Positions 25,541 through 38,204 of a stretch of 64,000 nt of DNA are shown here, piece after piece; the stretch's first letter is position 1; every line of letters starts with the position of its first letter. Both the position numbers and the translations under genes were made by a program. A model generated the notes under the pieces. It saw nothing but the letters and a program-made list of their open reading frames with translations, had not been told where the DNA came from and searched no databases. The DNA lies in NCBI GenBank assembly GCA_051294905.1, contig CM119372.1, positions 34,536,001 to 34,600,000 of the forward strand. Reading direction: 5' to 3'. The stretch comes from Botryllus schlosseri. Its lineage: Eukaryota.

Positions 25541-26962
25541 GCATTTTGAGGATTTTGGTCGTAATTAGATATGATTATGATGGTATTCATGTGATTGTAC
25601 GGTAGTGTCTGCTGATGAGTGCTGAGTCGAGGTGAAATTGACTTGCCCAGATAAACAGAGGCTAATTTCGTGCCGAAGGCGTGGATTAACTGACCGCGTC
25701 AACTCGAATAATATGCATCTCTTCGACAATATCGAGAGATGAAGCTTTTAGAGTAGGACCAAGCAGCCTACTACGAGAAAAACGCGCCGCACGAAAACAC
25801 TTGACAACAGCGATACCTAGCCAGTGATCATCCACAAAATTAATGAATCGAAAATGAATGATCGTACGAATTGCGCGGTTTAGCGAGTCAGCTCGTAGGC
25901 CTACTTAGCGAGTCGCTCGTATGTCGTCACCGGAAACAACTTGAACTTTAAGTCAAATTGAACATGTTTCCGGCACTAATCTAACTAATGCTACCTCACG
26001 AAGTTCTGCATCACTTTAAAATTTGATGTTTTATTTTATTTTACTAATGGACAAGCCTTCAACATGTTTCATATTGAAATTAAGATATAAAATCCGAATA
26101 TACCTCGCGGACCGGTAGAAAAGTCGTCACGGACCGGCGGTTGAGAACTACTGTGCTATAGCACATCTCATGTCTGCCTGTGGTGCACTTGCAGCTACCA
26201 AATACACATGGAGTGCAGACAAAATAGGATTGGTCACTACATTCATCTTGAATTATGGAAACATTTTAACATCACCACTTCGACAAAAAAATGGTACGAT
26301 TACAGCCCAGCACCAGTGACAGTAAACGACCAAGTAATATTTCTGTGGGATGTACCAGCTATAAATGACCACGAATCAGGAGCAACCGCCCGGATATGAT
26401 CATCAAACTAAAAAAGAAAACGGAATGCTTATTCATTGAACTGGCTGTCCCAGATGATCCCAACATACAACAAAAAAATCAGAAAAGCAATCCAAATACG
26501 CAGAGCTAAAAATGGAATGTGAGAAAATGTGGCGATGCATAATAAACATTGTACCGATAGTCATTGGCGCTACAGGGGTCGTAAGCAAAACAGATCCCGG
26601 GTAACGTTCGATTCGACATGATATAAAAGATCACGTTATTGGGCACTGTGCATATTATTCGGAAGGCCTTGAAGGCACCACTGGACTAAAATGACACTTG
26701 TGAATCACAGCATAATTTCTGTAATTTCGATTCTTCATTTTCAATCATCTCTACCTCTGCTCTTCAACCCTTGCCAATTATCCATCTACTGCAATTCTGT
26801 AATCTGACTTCTCCATGTATTGCATAGGAATAACAATTCGACTGTATGACTGAAATTTTAAAAATTTACTAGAATCTCGCCATTTTCCTTTGGGGTCAGG
26901 TTGCTCCCCGAAATATGTGTGTATTTACCAGTTTTACTGTGAATAAAGAATATAATAATAAT

Positions 26963-27025
26963 ATGATCATTTATAAAGCGCCGAATATAACAATATGTCA
27001 ATACTACACTAGGGCGCTGTACATA
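26963..27025 (-). mobile_element. 3' end of an L2/CR1-type LINE or LINE-tailed SINE
   Basis: Minus strand reads tgtacagcgccc...ggcgctttataaat followed by (tat)n, the usual L2-type terminal stem-loop. Confidence 0.55.
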
Positions 27026-27127
27026 AAAGGCAATAAAATATAGAAGTAAACGATAAGTAAAAAAAGGAGTGCATAGTTGTAGGTATAGTGACGTGCGGTG
27101 AGGTTCATGGCTGGTGAGGCACTCACT

Positions 27128-27170
27128 CCCCCCCCCCCCCCCCCCCCCCGACACGCACACACACACACAC
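27128..27170. repeat. poly-C run plus (CA)n
   Basis: Direct. Confidence 0.9.
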
Positions 27171-28722
27171 GATAAGTACCCGATAAATATACACAAATAT
27201 GTGAATGACAACATAAGCAAGAGAAACGGGTTGGCGAGAGCGTTTTCTTTGCACCTTGTTAGCCGTTGCAATTATACATTCTACAATACATATCTAATTT
27301 TTTCCCTTTTGTGAAATGTTTAGTTATATGCAGATTGCTTAACGAAAAGAATGAAACGAAAAGCACAAACATAATTTCTTTAAGATCCTAATTTTGGTTT
27401 TATATTCTCTAATGCCCGTTGCTCGTCCAATCTCCTTTTTACAAGATGGACATGAACACAGTATCAGCTAAACTAAATATGTCACACACTAACATCAAAC
27501 TTGGTTTAAGACATCATTCATCCTGTGGAAAATCAGGGTTGGATTGATGATTTTGATTGGGGATGCCGATTTCCTTGGATGAAAATTCGCAAATATATAA
27601 AACCGACAAGGTTAGCTGATGAAGTTGGCGACCTGTTTCTTATCACGTCAGCCATCTTCACACACGGTTTATCTAGGCTACTCGTTGCCATCTGTTCCAA
27701 GCGGTGTCTTACGAAAGCCTGGAAGTGGGCCGTGCTACATGTCAGCAATTACATATATGAAATCATAACATAGAATAGCGGCCTGGTGTAAACGAGTATT
27801 GCAGTCGAAAATACTATTACGACCACAAACAACGACAACGCAGGCTATGTAAGAATAGCTATCAGATACCACAATTTACGGTTGTTATAGGTAGGCCCAT
27901 ATGGGTGGAAAATACAGATCAGCTGCATCAGCAAGGGAATGTATTTGCTCCGCATTACGAATTGGCCGTCGCTACTACACTGTAAAAACAACAACCTCGA
28001 TTTACCGCGAAATGTTTGGAAGCACGGTAGCCAGACATTTCGTGGTAATTTAACATTACCGTTAGTCAATGTAAATTTAACTTACATTCGTCCGGTAATC
28101 TCACTTTACAGGCCAGACTGTAATGTTATAGTCGCCTCCGGTATATCCAATCTACATTTTATCCTGTATATTTGCCACTCAGCCTGTAATTTTACCGCCT
28201 ACCTATAACCCTACATACATGCTGTCTGTGTAAATCAGGATTACATACCAGCTTGTAAACTCACGTAGGGCTTACATCCCATACCTATGCTAAAATATCG
28301 CAAAAGCTTCTTCATAACCCCAAAACGACATTGGAACAAACTGTATAGTGTATATTAATTCATGATTCACGATGAGAAGATAATCGATGGAAAAGTATTG
28401 CTGCTGGAGGTCTAATTCTTCTTTAGGAGACATGCAGTAACACGAGTGGTCTCCCACCATCGGCCAAACTGCCAATTGTTTCTTTTTCTCGTCCTCATTC
28501 CTTCTGTGTAGCTAGTATCTTGCAGTTCCACTAAAAAGAATTCATGCGTAAGTGTCTATATTAAGCAAAGTTGCTAACCTAGACAACCTTACTTAGAACC
28601 TACAAGACTGACGAATCACTTGATAATACTATTATTAGTTTAATAATTCATATTATTAGCTGTTAATACACTTCAAATTCATATTCATAGTTGTTAATAC
28701 ACTTTATTACAAAATTTCCCGA

Positions 28723-28822
28723 CGGCCGAATTCACCAATGGCCGAATTCACCAAGTGCCGAGTTCACCAAGTGCCGAGTTTGTCCGGCCGAATTCACCAA
28801 GTGCCGAGTTTACTGGCAACCG
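28723..28822. repeat. ~16-bp tandem repeat GCCGA(A/G)TTCACCAAGT, about 5 units, probably a DNA transposon subterminal array
   Basis: Direct tandem units ending in ...actggcaaccg. Confidence 0.7.
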
Positions 28823-28879
28823 TGAGAAGCACACGATTCTGATTCCTGCTCAGATTTAGAACTGTGCTACTATATTAGA

Positions 28880-29071
28880 ATCGAAAAATTAGGTTATGAT
28901 GAATTGCGTGGAGCGCGAAGAAAATTTCAAGAATAATTAAAATCTCTAAAAAATTAGGAGTGAATTAGTAATTTCAATTTGCATGTCGACGGATGCCAAC
29001 ACATACTAATTGAATTAGGTGTTGACGGCCGCACAAATTTCCTATCTACGGCAGCAGGTTGCCCATCCCTG
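28880..29071. mobile_element. Right-end fragment of family B MITE
   Basis: Matches ~7545-7737, ending gttgcccatccctg. Confidence 0.75.
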
Positions 29072-29845
29072 ATCTAATAGTATACATATGGTATGTCTTA
29101 CGCCAAGTTTAAATCCGTTTTCCAGTCTTTAACATTTTTGACAAATTTCCCCAAACTTGTTTGAAAATAGCAAAAACAAACATTGGACAAGACATCAATT
29201 TGTTTCAAGGTAGGTTGCACTGAGACTAATCCTAATGCTGGTAGTGACTACAGAGAACAAGGCGTCGTTCTGTACTGCCATGCTCAATTTGATCAGTTTT
29301 GGAATTGAATTGAATTTAATTGTGTTGATATAGGGTAGCTTAATTGAAGGCGAAACCGAGCAACCTATATTGCATCTAAGTCAGTCTTACGCAGTGCAGT
29401 TCGCCAGCTATTAACAACAGCTACCCAGCGCAACGAGCTTAGCTACTGCCAAAGCTATGAAGTAATAAATGACTTACATGTGGGAATTCCTCTAAATCTT
29501 CAAAGAATATCAAAAAATTTGCTTAAACGACTGCTGGAGTTTGAATTTGGCGAGCTTTCTTGAATACGAAATAAGTTTCATCTTCAACAATCGCGTCTTC
29601 TGAAAATAGTTGCGAAACACATGTTTAGTCAGAATTCAAACAGACTCAGTCAATTTCTCGCGTTCCTCAGGTTGAGAACCACTAATCTTATGTATTGAAG
29701 CAAAAGGTTCCTCATTTGAGGTGGCATGTGTGCCAAACAAATCCAGCAGTGGATGGAAACATCTCTATGCTATGGCCTAAAAATGACATAAACATGCCAA
29801 CAGTTTCAACTGCTCCGCGGCAGACTATGTGGTGTCACAGGACAG

Positions 29846-30118
29846 TATATATATATATAGAGAGAGAGAGATATGATATTCCTTTTCGCCTGCACCATCG
29901 AGATGCTTTGACGACGGAGTTGCGATACGGCCCCATGAGGTCATCTAGTCTGCGCCCCCGTTTTTTTCTCCTCCATGCTATCCGTGATTGCTGAGCGCCT
30001 AGCAGGATAGCTGCGGATACCAATTTTCGAGTCTTTGGTATGACCCGGCCGGGGATCGAACCCACGACCTACCGCTCGAGAAGCCGGACGCATAACCATT
30101 ACACTATCTCGCTCGGTC
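29846..30118 (-). mobile_element. Apparently complete tRNA-derived SINE with a conserved-looking central domain and microsatellite tail
   Basis: Minus strand: A box TAGTGTAATGG, B box GGTTCGATCCC, then gtcataccaaagact..aaaattggta..gctatcctgctaggcgctcagca; (TC)n(TA)n tail. Confidence 0.8.
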
Positions 30119-30439
30119 GACTAACATCCCGAAATAGAACAGAGAATGCGGCGAATGAAGTATTTCAATCATGAAATCAAAGTCATCCCGGTGGTCTGCA
30201 CAGTCGTAGGTATTCACGGTAACGAATACTATGCAGTGCTGTACCTTTTACGATGCGTATTACAATCAGCATTCCTAGGAATCTTCAACGATCGTGTCCA
30301 CTTTCTTCAAGCACAACAAGCTTCGCTCCACCCTTTGCTCAAATCTCAATAATGGGCAGACGACGATACGACACTCTAACGATTTCGAAATAAGTGGTAT
30401 TCATCCGCTGACATGCCACCAATAATATTTACTGGCCAC

Positions 30440-32611
30440 CAGGGTTGTAACCAAGGCACATGGTTCCGAGTCACGAGTCAATCTTACTTTTGTGGTTTTG
30501 ACTCGAGTCAAGTCGAGTCATTTTCAATTCATCACCGAGTCGAGTCCGAGTCCAAGTCACTGTTTAAAGGGTCAAGTCCGAGTCATAGTGTTATGACTCG
30601 AGTCCGAGTCCAAGTCACAGTATTGAAGTCATGTTCAATTTATGTTTTCAATCCTGCTTGGTGATATCGAATTCCTTGCTTGCCAAACATGCTTATATTG
30701 TTCCTATCAGAGTCTTGGCACACGTTTCGTTAGGCAGATAACGGACAGTTCCTGGCCTCATTTACCGATGCTACAGATAGACGAGCCAGGCTGTCAATAT
30801 GATTGTTTGTTTTGTTTTGAGGTATTCACGGTGTTTGTCGATTACTATGATCATTTACACCAGGCCGATAATCTTCATTATTTTCCGTAAGTGCTGACTT
30901 ATAGCACGGCCCACCTCTAGGCTTTTTGTAAGACACCGCTTGCGCCAATATGATAACTTTACTAATCTTAGAACTTAAAATCAAATATCTGTATTGTCAG
31001 TTTGATACATCACAAATACAAGCATTCAGTTTTTATTACGACCACATCAACGACAGCTCACAGATAGCTTATAGAGAACCAACGAATTCACGTCTAGATA
31101 CCAGCTGATAGAGAATCAGAAAGGTGGATAGAGGTACAGTTTTTCTTTCACATTATCAGGTGGTTGACTAAAAAAAGGTCAACTTTCCTGTTCAGCTCCC
31201 GAAATAGCCGCCGGACCGTTACTTCAGTTCTGATTTACTATATCTTAGTCGAATTTGCGCTACATTTACCAAAAATTCTCAAAAAAGGGCAAAATCTCAA
31301 AAAGGAGGCTACTTCCTTAAATTGTTAGATTGCCTAAAAGAACTTAAATTTGGCTCAATTCCAACCAGCAGAAAGCCATGCTATGAGAGAATATTTTGGA
31401 TTAATTACTAATAGAGATTTTCAAATTTTAACGGCTACCTCATGATATTATTAGATTGTGTAAAAATATGATTCATAGCAAATTTGGCTCAATTCCAACT
31501 AGAAGAAGCGAAGTTATTAGAGTGGAATATTTTAGATATGAAAAAATAATTGGCTTACTGCTAGTATGTAATTATATCATATGAAATAATTTCTCACTAA
31601 AAATATTCCATTTATTTTCAAATCTTAAATTTTCTCCTCTCATATCATTGATTCCACTTTTTAAAATTAAGCCAAATTCAGTGTTCTTTTTATGCAAAAT
31701 AACAATTTTATCAAGCAGACACCCAGTAGAATAAAAAATAAGTTATTTGTGAACAGCCCTATTGTACAAACAACACACAACATTCGCCATTCATTATTAC
31801 TCACGTGCACAATGCACATACCTAACAAAACGTCAAATGGACGGAGGGTATTGTGTGTTTTCACAGACAGCAGATCAAATCAATGAGTTACACTTCAAAA
31901 ATACTAAAGTGGAAAGGAGATCCTCAGATATGTTAAAGCGACATGGCCTTAGAATAAGCATGTTCCACTGGTGCACTGGATGCAGGCATTGACAAGCATT
32001 TTCGAACCACACTGCAGAGTATTGGTTACTCGTTCTTTCTAATCGGCCAAAAATGCAAAGAATCATCGCCTTCAAATCTACACATGAGCTTATCAGTCTC
32101 TTCCAAGTACTTTACCATCTCTGAGTCATTTCATTGGCTCTAATTGAACTTTGCTTGGATTGTTTGCTTGAATATTTGAAAAGTCTTGAGTACTTTGATT
32201 GCGGAGGATCTATTACCTCTTCACCACTGGATGATTTTGTATAATGCATGCATTGCTACTATGTACCGTTGTCTGTTGTTTTTACGGTGGCATATCTAAT
32301 ATCAGACGAGTGCAACGACAGCAGTGATGACAAATAGCGATGTCAGCAGAATTCGTCAGATGCGTTGATCTAACCATTACGATTCGCGAATTTCTTCATC
32401 TTCAAGTCATATAAAATAAGCCGAGTCAATGACTTGGGTCGAGTCATGCGTAATGACTCGAGTACAAGTCGAGTCAATCCAAATATTGACTCGAGTCGAT
32501 TTGAGTCATTTTCCCATTTCAAGAAAATGACTCGAGTAAAGTCGAGTCACAAAAAAATCGTGACTCGAGTCTGACTCGAGTCGAGTCATGACTCGAGTCA
32601 TTACAACCCTG
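30440..32611. mobile_element. Non-autonomous hAT element (CAGGGTTGTAA TIR, GACTCGAGTC subterminal arrays)
   Basis: Perfect TSD ctggccac; contains SINE fragment 30821-30938. Confidence 0.9.
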
Positions 32612-33754
32612 CTGGCCACTGCGTTTTAATGTTTGATTTAAGTCGTTTTTTCATACAGAAACATTTATCATTACATCTAGTCCCTTTCTTTTCCATTTTA
32701 ATGCTTATAAATTGATATTTATTCCATGCGTTGTCACTACTTACCGTACTTACTTAACCAGACGCTACTTGTGATGTCACAGTTGTGCGTTGGTTGTTTA
32801 CTACGAATCTCAGAAAAAGCAGTAACGCGTAGCGGTAACCTAATGTAACCTATTACAGATCGCCTAGTTCGCCATTAACAAATGGTCAACTTAGCATGCA
32901 GTGCTGATATTTCTAGTTTCCTTAACAATATTATACATCCTAAACCGATATTCTAACTCATCAGTCCTATCCGTGACAACGACTGTAACCACCGAGACCG
33001 GCCGTAAAGCCATAGTCTTATAATATAGTGGTTATGTACGATTTTCAGTTGTTTCCTTTACCCTACTATGTACTATACTGAAATTGGTTCTAGGGTCAAC
33101 AATTTCCGTATGACAGACCCCAATCTCGCGAACGTGGTTGAATCAGGTCAAATCACCACAAGAATGATATCAGTAACATTCAGTTCCATGTATACATTGG
33201 CTGCAGAGATTTTCAAGCTAATCAATTTTGCCAATAGCCTGGTAAACTTCAGCAACGAGTAACTTCTGTCAGTAATTTTTCGAAGAAATTCTGGTAACTT
33301 GACTTTAGAGCTAAATTGAGGTAATATTACATATCAAAATGTAAAATTACAAGCTACGCACAGTTATTAGCTGCTACCGGTAATTCGTTGCAAAATTTAC
33401 AGAGATTTTCCAGTAAATCTACCAGATTTTTTACAGTGTATACAATTCCTACAAGACTGTTGGTTTCCGAAATCGATAGCGCGTTTCACTGCGCTGCGAT
33501 TGTCCGAATGTTAGCGAATAGTGCATGAGGCATAGTCGTTTGTGCCTCACCTGGCTGTTGTTTCTCGGCGATGGCATTTTCTGTAATAAAGCCGAATGTA
33601 ACATTTATTGGCGATTTTGATGGGGTTCTGGTGCTCTGACACTGTTAATATTTAGATTTTCATAATCAGTGCGACGATAGCATTTGATTGATACCAGTTA
33701 TTATGAATTCCGAGCTGTTTATGATGAATTGCATTGTCGCAGGTGAGGCACGAC

Positions 33755-33947
33755 CAATGTTCCCTCTAAGATGCGCACGTGCGCAAATGCGCAGCGATGA
33801 CACGGTCTCTGCGCACAGAAAATCTAAGTTGCGCACAAAAAATCCGAAGCGATGAACTTTTTTTAGTCGTTACGCGCTGTTGTCCAAGGGTCTGCGCAGT
33901 GCTTTGGTGAGTGTGCGCAGACTTATCAAAAATTAGAGGGAACATCG
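33755..33947. mobile_element. Small hAT MITE (sister of 17848-18039)
   Basis: caatgttccctctaa...ttagagggaacatcg; TSD ggcacgac/ggctcgac. Confidence 0.85.
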
Positions 33948-34222
33948 GGCTCGACCCACCCGTGTCTCACCTGTGCCTCTTCTCTCCTTTCGCGCTGTAT
34001 TTTGAATAATAATTATGCAAATTGATGATGTTGGGTGAAGAAAATGTTCAAATTTAGTTATTTATGTACATCGATGGAAAATATCAATAATCATCGAGGG
34101 TTTTCGCAATTTTCTCTTACTTACTCTGACGACAGATGAGGCACTGCCTCACTTGCCTCATTTGACCGCACATCACTGGTTGTAGGGCGGAATGAACACT
34201 ACTGTAGTTCGGACGCTCATGT

Positions 34223-34446
34223 GAATATAACGGTCTTGATTTTGCGCTTGAAAACATATAGTGAGTCAGATAGTCTGATAGAAAATGGAAGATTGTTCCA
34301 CAGACTGGCGGTCGAGGACGAAAAGGTTCTCTCGCCGTATGTTGATGCTTTGACTCTTGGCTGACATGAGTTTCAGCGACTGAGAACGTATCGCCCTTCT
34401 GGGATTGTATGGATTGTCACAAGCTCACGAAGATACGCTGGTGTTT
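34223..34446 (-). pseudogene. L2/CR1 LINE ORF2 C-terminal fragment
   Basis: Minus strand TPAYLRELV...PRVKASTYGERTFSSSTASLWNNLPFSIR...FKRKIKTVIF. Confidence 0.75.
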
Positions 34447-35532
34447 ACGCCTGCTCGAAAACTCCAGAAAACTACATTGCGGCCTGTCAGGTGAAGGATC
34501 TTTTCAAGTCTAGCTGTTTGTAGGCTACTTGTTAGGAAATGATTTTGAAAAAGGTTCTCTAGAATGATACATCAGCCGTAACTGCGCAGTGCTAAATCTC
34601 ATAAACATTTGTCCCCACCGCAGATTTTTCACACTAAATATTGTTGAATTCGTATATTTCAAGAAGTAATAAAACACAGTGTTCACGTCATAAGTCATTA
34701 TTATGAATATGATATGCACTGAATACAAATCGACCTTCATAGCGGTTAGATTGATTATCTGAATGAATAGTAGGAATGGTGTGAACCTCTGAAACGTTCA
34801 GGTTCGTGTGAACGCGAACGTGAACCTCATGACATCACGTGACGTCATATTGCTAATTCCAACCCTACATTTCAGTGAAGTGATAGCCTATATTAATGTA
34901 CACGCTACCTATAGTGACGACTCGGCCGACTCGGGTGAAACAATGCCACAATGCTGAAGTACATGGTGACGTTTTAAACGTCGCCAATTAATGGGACAAT
35001 CAAATATAATATAATATAATGTTCCCATAAAATCAATATCTTCCGTCGTTCTGCCACCAATGTCGACAAGGACTTGCATTGCAAGGTAATATTACACGTT
35101 AACGGTGTTGGCCAGACCGGACAATGTATTCGGCGTCTGACTATTGCTACGTTGATATTGAGCAGAGTGTAAAACGGGTTTCCATGCTTGCTACCGATAT
35201 TACCCCATTAACAAGTTATACAGCAGTAGACAACACCTCAATCGCACGGTTTTGGTTTTTATGATACAATAAACATATGATAAAATCAAGATTGACCCTG
35301 TACGCCTGCGGGCCATCCGACAGTCGACGAGCATGTCCAATTCCAAGTCGAAATACTAGCAATTACTTCTGAATGAACAGCAGTCCATACTCAAGATTAC
35401 CGGACCACGACGCGACCTATCGATCTCGACTTTCATGACATGCCAACTTACATCTTGTCGCTTGCATCGCTTACATCTTGTCTTCTTGACTTTTCATTCA
35501 GTGTGCATGCCTCCTCCTTACATCGCCTAGGC

Positions 35533-35893
35533 CAGTGGTTACCAACGTGGGCGATATCGCCCCCTAGGGGGCGAAAATGACGAAGGGGGCGACAGGGGGG
35601 CGAAAATGGACAGAGGGGGCGACGGGGGGCGAAAATAGCGAAGGGAGCGATAGGGGGGCGATGACGCGTTACAACGGCTGACCTTTTTTCTTTTTTTTAG
35701 TCAACCCTAGGAAATTTAGTTACAAAAGTGTGGCAGATTAGACATCGAGCGGAAAATTTGACCTTTTTTTTTAGTCAACCCGCCGGTGATTACAGTTTGT
35801 ATGCCCAATTTTCGGTACACAAAATTTGGGGGGCGATGATCGGTGGTGACCTTGAAAAGGGGGCTATGGGTCGAAAAAGGTTGGGAACCACTG
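35533..35893. mobile_element. hAT Buster-type MITE with GGGGGCGA repeats
   Basis: cagtggttaccaac...gttgggaaccactg; perfect TSD gcctaggc. Confidence 0.9.
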
Positions 35894-36019
35894 GCCTAGG
35901 CCAAGGTAGGTGCCTGATTCCCTAGGGCCTAGACTACTCCACGTCGCTTCGACACCTTCCTATCTTTTCATTGTATCGTATTTTTGTGGTTAATTGAACT
36001 GATAAAAACTGCTAATAAA

Positions 36020-36283
36020 CAGAGATGGTAAAAGTAGTCACCGTCGCTACTCAAGTAGAAGTAATAGTAACGCCGGAATTTCTACTCAAGTAGAAGTAAG
36101 AGTGGCGGTTCACGAGCAAGTAAGTAAGTAACTATTTTACGCCTATTTTGCCTAAAAACTGAAAACTGTCAAGTAGAAGTAGAACTAGTCTAAAATATTA
36201 ACTACTTAATAAGTAGTGCGAGTAGTCAAAATCTACTTCAAGTACTTCAAAACGTAGAAGTACTTCGTTACTGACCATCTCTG
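36020..36283. mobile_element. Short family A-related MITE
   Basis: cagagatggt...accatctctg; perfect TSD ctaataaa. Confidence 0.9.
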
Positions 36284-36369
36284 CTAATAAACCAATGATG
36301 ACGAAGATGATAATATCAGACTACAACATCAATGTCATTAATTGGTTGAATAAGAATCATTCGCTGACC

Positions 36370-37563
36370 CAGGACCGTAACTGTCACACCTCAAACCCCC
36401 CAACTGGGGGGGACGAGCTCGAAGGGGGCCCAAAATTATTTCGTGAATTAGCATAAATTATAGTGTACTTTCTGAAAATTTATACAACTTTTACGAAAAT
36501 TTTTCGCGCTCGGCGCGATTTCCAGTTGCCAAATATCTTGGTTTTGGGGTACTCTTCCCCCCAAAAAACCACGCAAAATGTTTAGAAATGAGCATATCGG
36601 CGCTGGTCATTACCGCGCCACGATGCACCAAGACATATAAAGTTTTAGGCCATGTAACATGCGACTCCAAGAAGTGTGCCAGAACCACATGCAGCGAGAA
36701 AACCTTAGCCGAAAAGGACTGCCCTTATGCTGACTGAAAACTTCGTTGTATATACAAAATCCCGCAGGAAAAAATTATATGCCAGTGAAGAAATACCAAT
36801 ATGAAACCGCATGTGTCTTTTAGTTTAGTAGCATACGTTTGGGCTATTCTATATTTTTTGATATAGGAGACTGAGGTCACGAAATAACGTCATGTTACGG
36901 AGTCATACCAACGGGCCCTACAGTTTCCAAGACACCTCACTCAGCTCTACCGGTGAATATGATTACTTCAGCAGAGAGGACAAGAAATTGATAGCAATAT
37001 ATATGCAATTCCCGATCTTATTGATCGATTTTATCATGAATTATCGAAAATCTTCACTCTTCGCGCTGGCTCACTAAACAGTACGACTAATTTCGTGGCA
37101 AAAACAGACAACATTATTGGGGGTAGGTTTATCACCCAATGGGAGTACTAGACCCAATTTTTTTAGGGGGGCTGATGAAGTGCTGTTTCGTTCCTGCCAA
37201 CGGGTATACGTCCGAAGACGTTAGATTATTATGGAGGGATCCTACCTTTTCAAACACAACTCACTTAGCTCTACCTGTAAATGTGATTGCGTGAGCAGAG
37301 AGAGGATAAAATTGATAGCAATATATATGCAATCCCGATCATTTTGACCGATTCAAACATGAATGATGGATTTTTTTCGCGCGACTAGGCGAAAAGAGCT
37401 CACTCAATAAACGGCCTCATTGTAGATGATAATTAGTGGTAAACAGAGTACAGTCTGAGGGTGGTCTGGGGGCTTCGCCCCCCAGTAGTTCGGTTTATCA
37501 TCATATGGGGACCCACGACCAACGTTTTTTTGGGGGGGCTGACGAAGTGCTGTTACGGCCCTG
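36370..37563. mobile_element. Family C hAT element
   Basis: caggaccgtaac...gttacggccctg; perfect TSD cgctgacc. Confidence 0.9.
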
Positions 37564-38204
37564 CGCTGACCAACTACATGTTGCGTATTTCGCTCATGAC
37601 GTTGTGTGATTGCGGGTCAAGCTCACAGCATAGAGTCACTAAATATTCACAAACGAAAAGCTGGATATTTCAAGCAAGTAAAATTTTTGAGATTATCAAG
37701 GTGCATGCTCGTTTGGTGTTGATTTTTTATGCTGCCAGCGCCATGCATACAGTGGCCCGCAGTTGAAATGCAATAAATGTGAACCAAAGATGTTGTAATA
37801 AGGTGAAAATTGTAATATATGGAAAAGGTTCACAGCACAGAACCTACCAAGGTTCGTTTGAGAACCTGAACCCCTAAATTACTGAGGTTCACACACAGAA
37901 CGGGAACGTGAACCTCACGTTCACACCATCGCTAATGAATGGAATAAAAGAAAGAATAGAATCCAACATTGTCAGAAAGCAATTTAATACACTGATAGTT
38001 TCCTTTACGTGTCGGAGAATCGTCGTGAGTGATAAAAAGTATATTCATCGAAAGAAAGTACACAGAACGCTCGAATCGCAAAGCTAAATTCAGAGCTAGT
38101 ATCGAAAATATCGCTTGTATCGGAGATGTTTTCAATGTCGGTCAACTTATCATTTAAAATTGTACAGCTTGTAGACTACTTCATCGGCCTACCTACCTAT
38201 ACAT

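Larger units (their letters stand above)
24258..26153. mobile_element. hAT Buster-type MITE (GCGGACCGG subterminal repeats) in R4 copy 2
   Basis: cggtggttctc...gagaactactg; perfect TSD tgctatag. Confidence 0.85.
15467..26962 (+). mobile_element. R4/Dong-type RLE non-LTR retrotransposon, copy 2, fragmented by nested insertions with the RT core deleted
   Basis: N-terminal RHRWSKEEYKEIMR.Y; RRIENKIAKLR; NWKAAGPDQIKNFW.KKLTTTH; PAWFT/GITYL across insertion 17042-18797. Resumes at 21340-21658, 24237-24257 and 26162-26962 with high identity to copy 1; AATAAA plus TAA tail. Confidence 0.85.
34771..37934. mobile_element. Non-autonomous hAT element hosting three nested insertions
   Basis: taggaatggtgtgaac...gttcacaccatcgcta; TSD atgaatag/atgaatgg. 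Confidence 0.82.

Noticed and set aside
28723..28822. Short regular repeats resembling a CRISPR array
   Set aside because: Head-to-tail 16-bp units with no unique spacers, no cas genes, eukaryotic context.
30043..30118. tRNA gene on the minus strand
   Set aside because: Runs into a SINE body and microsatellite tail with no terminator.
1090..37934. One giant 37-kb element or inversion bounded by inverted repeats at 1090 and 37934
   Set aside because: The 37934 end pairs with 34771 through a matching TSD; 1090 is a separate inverted copy of the same end.
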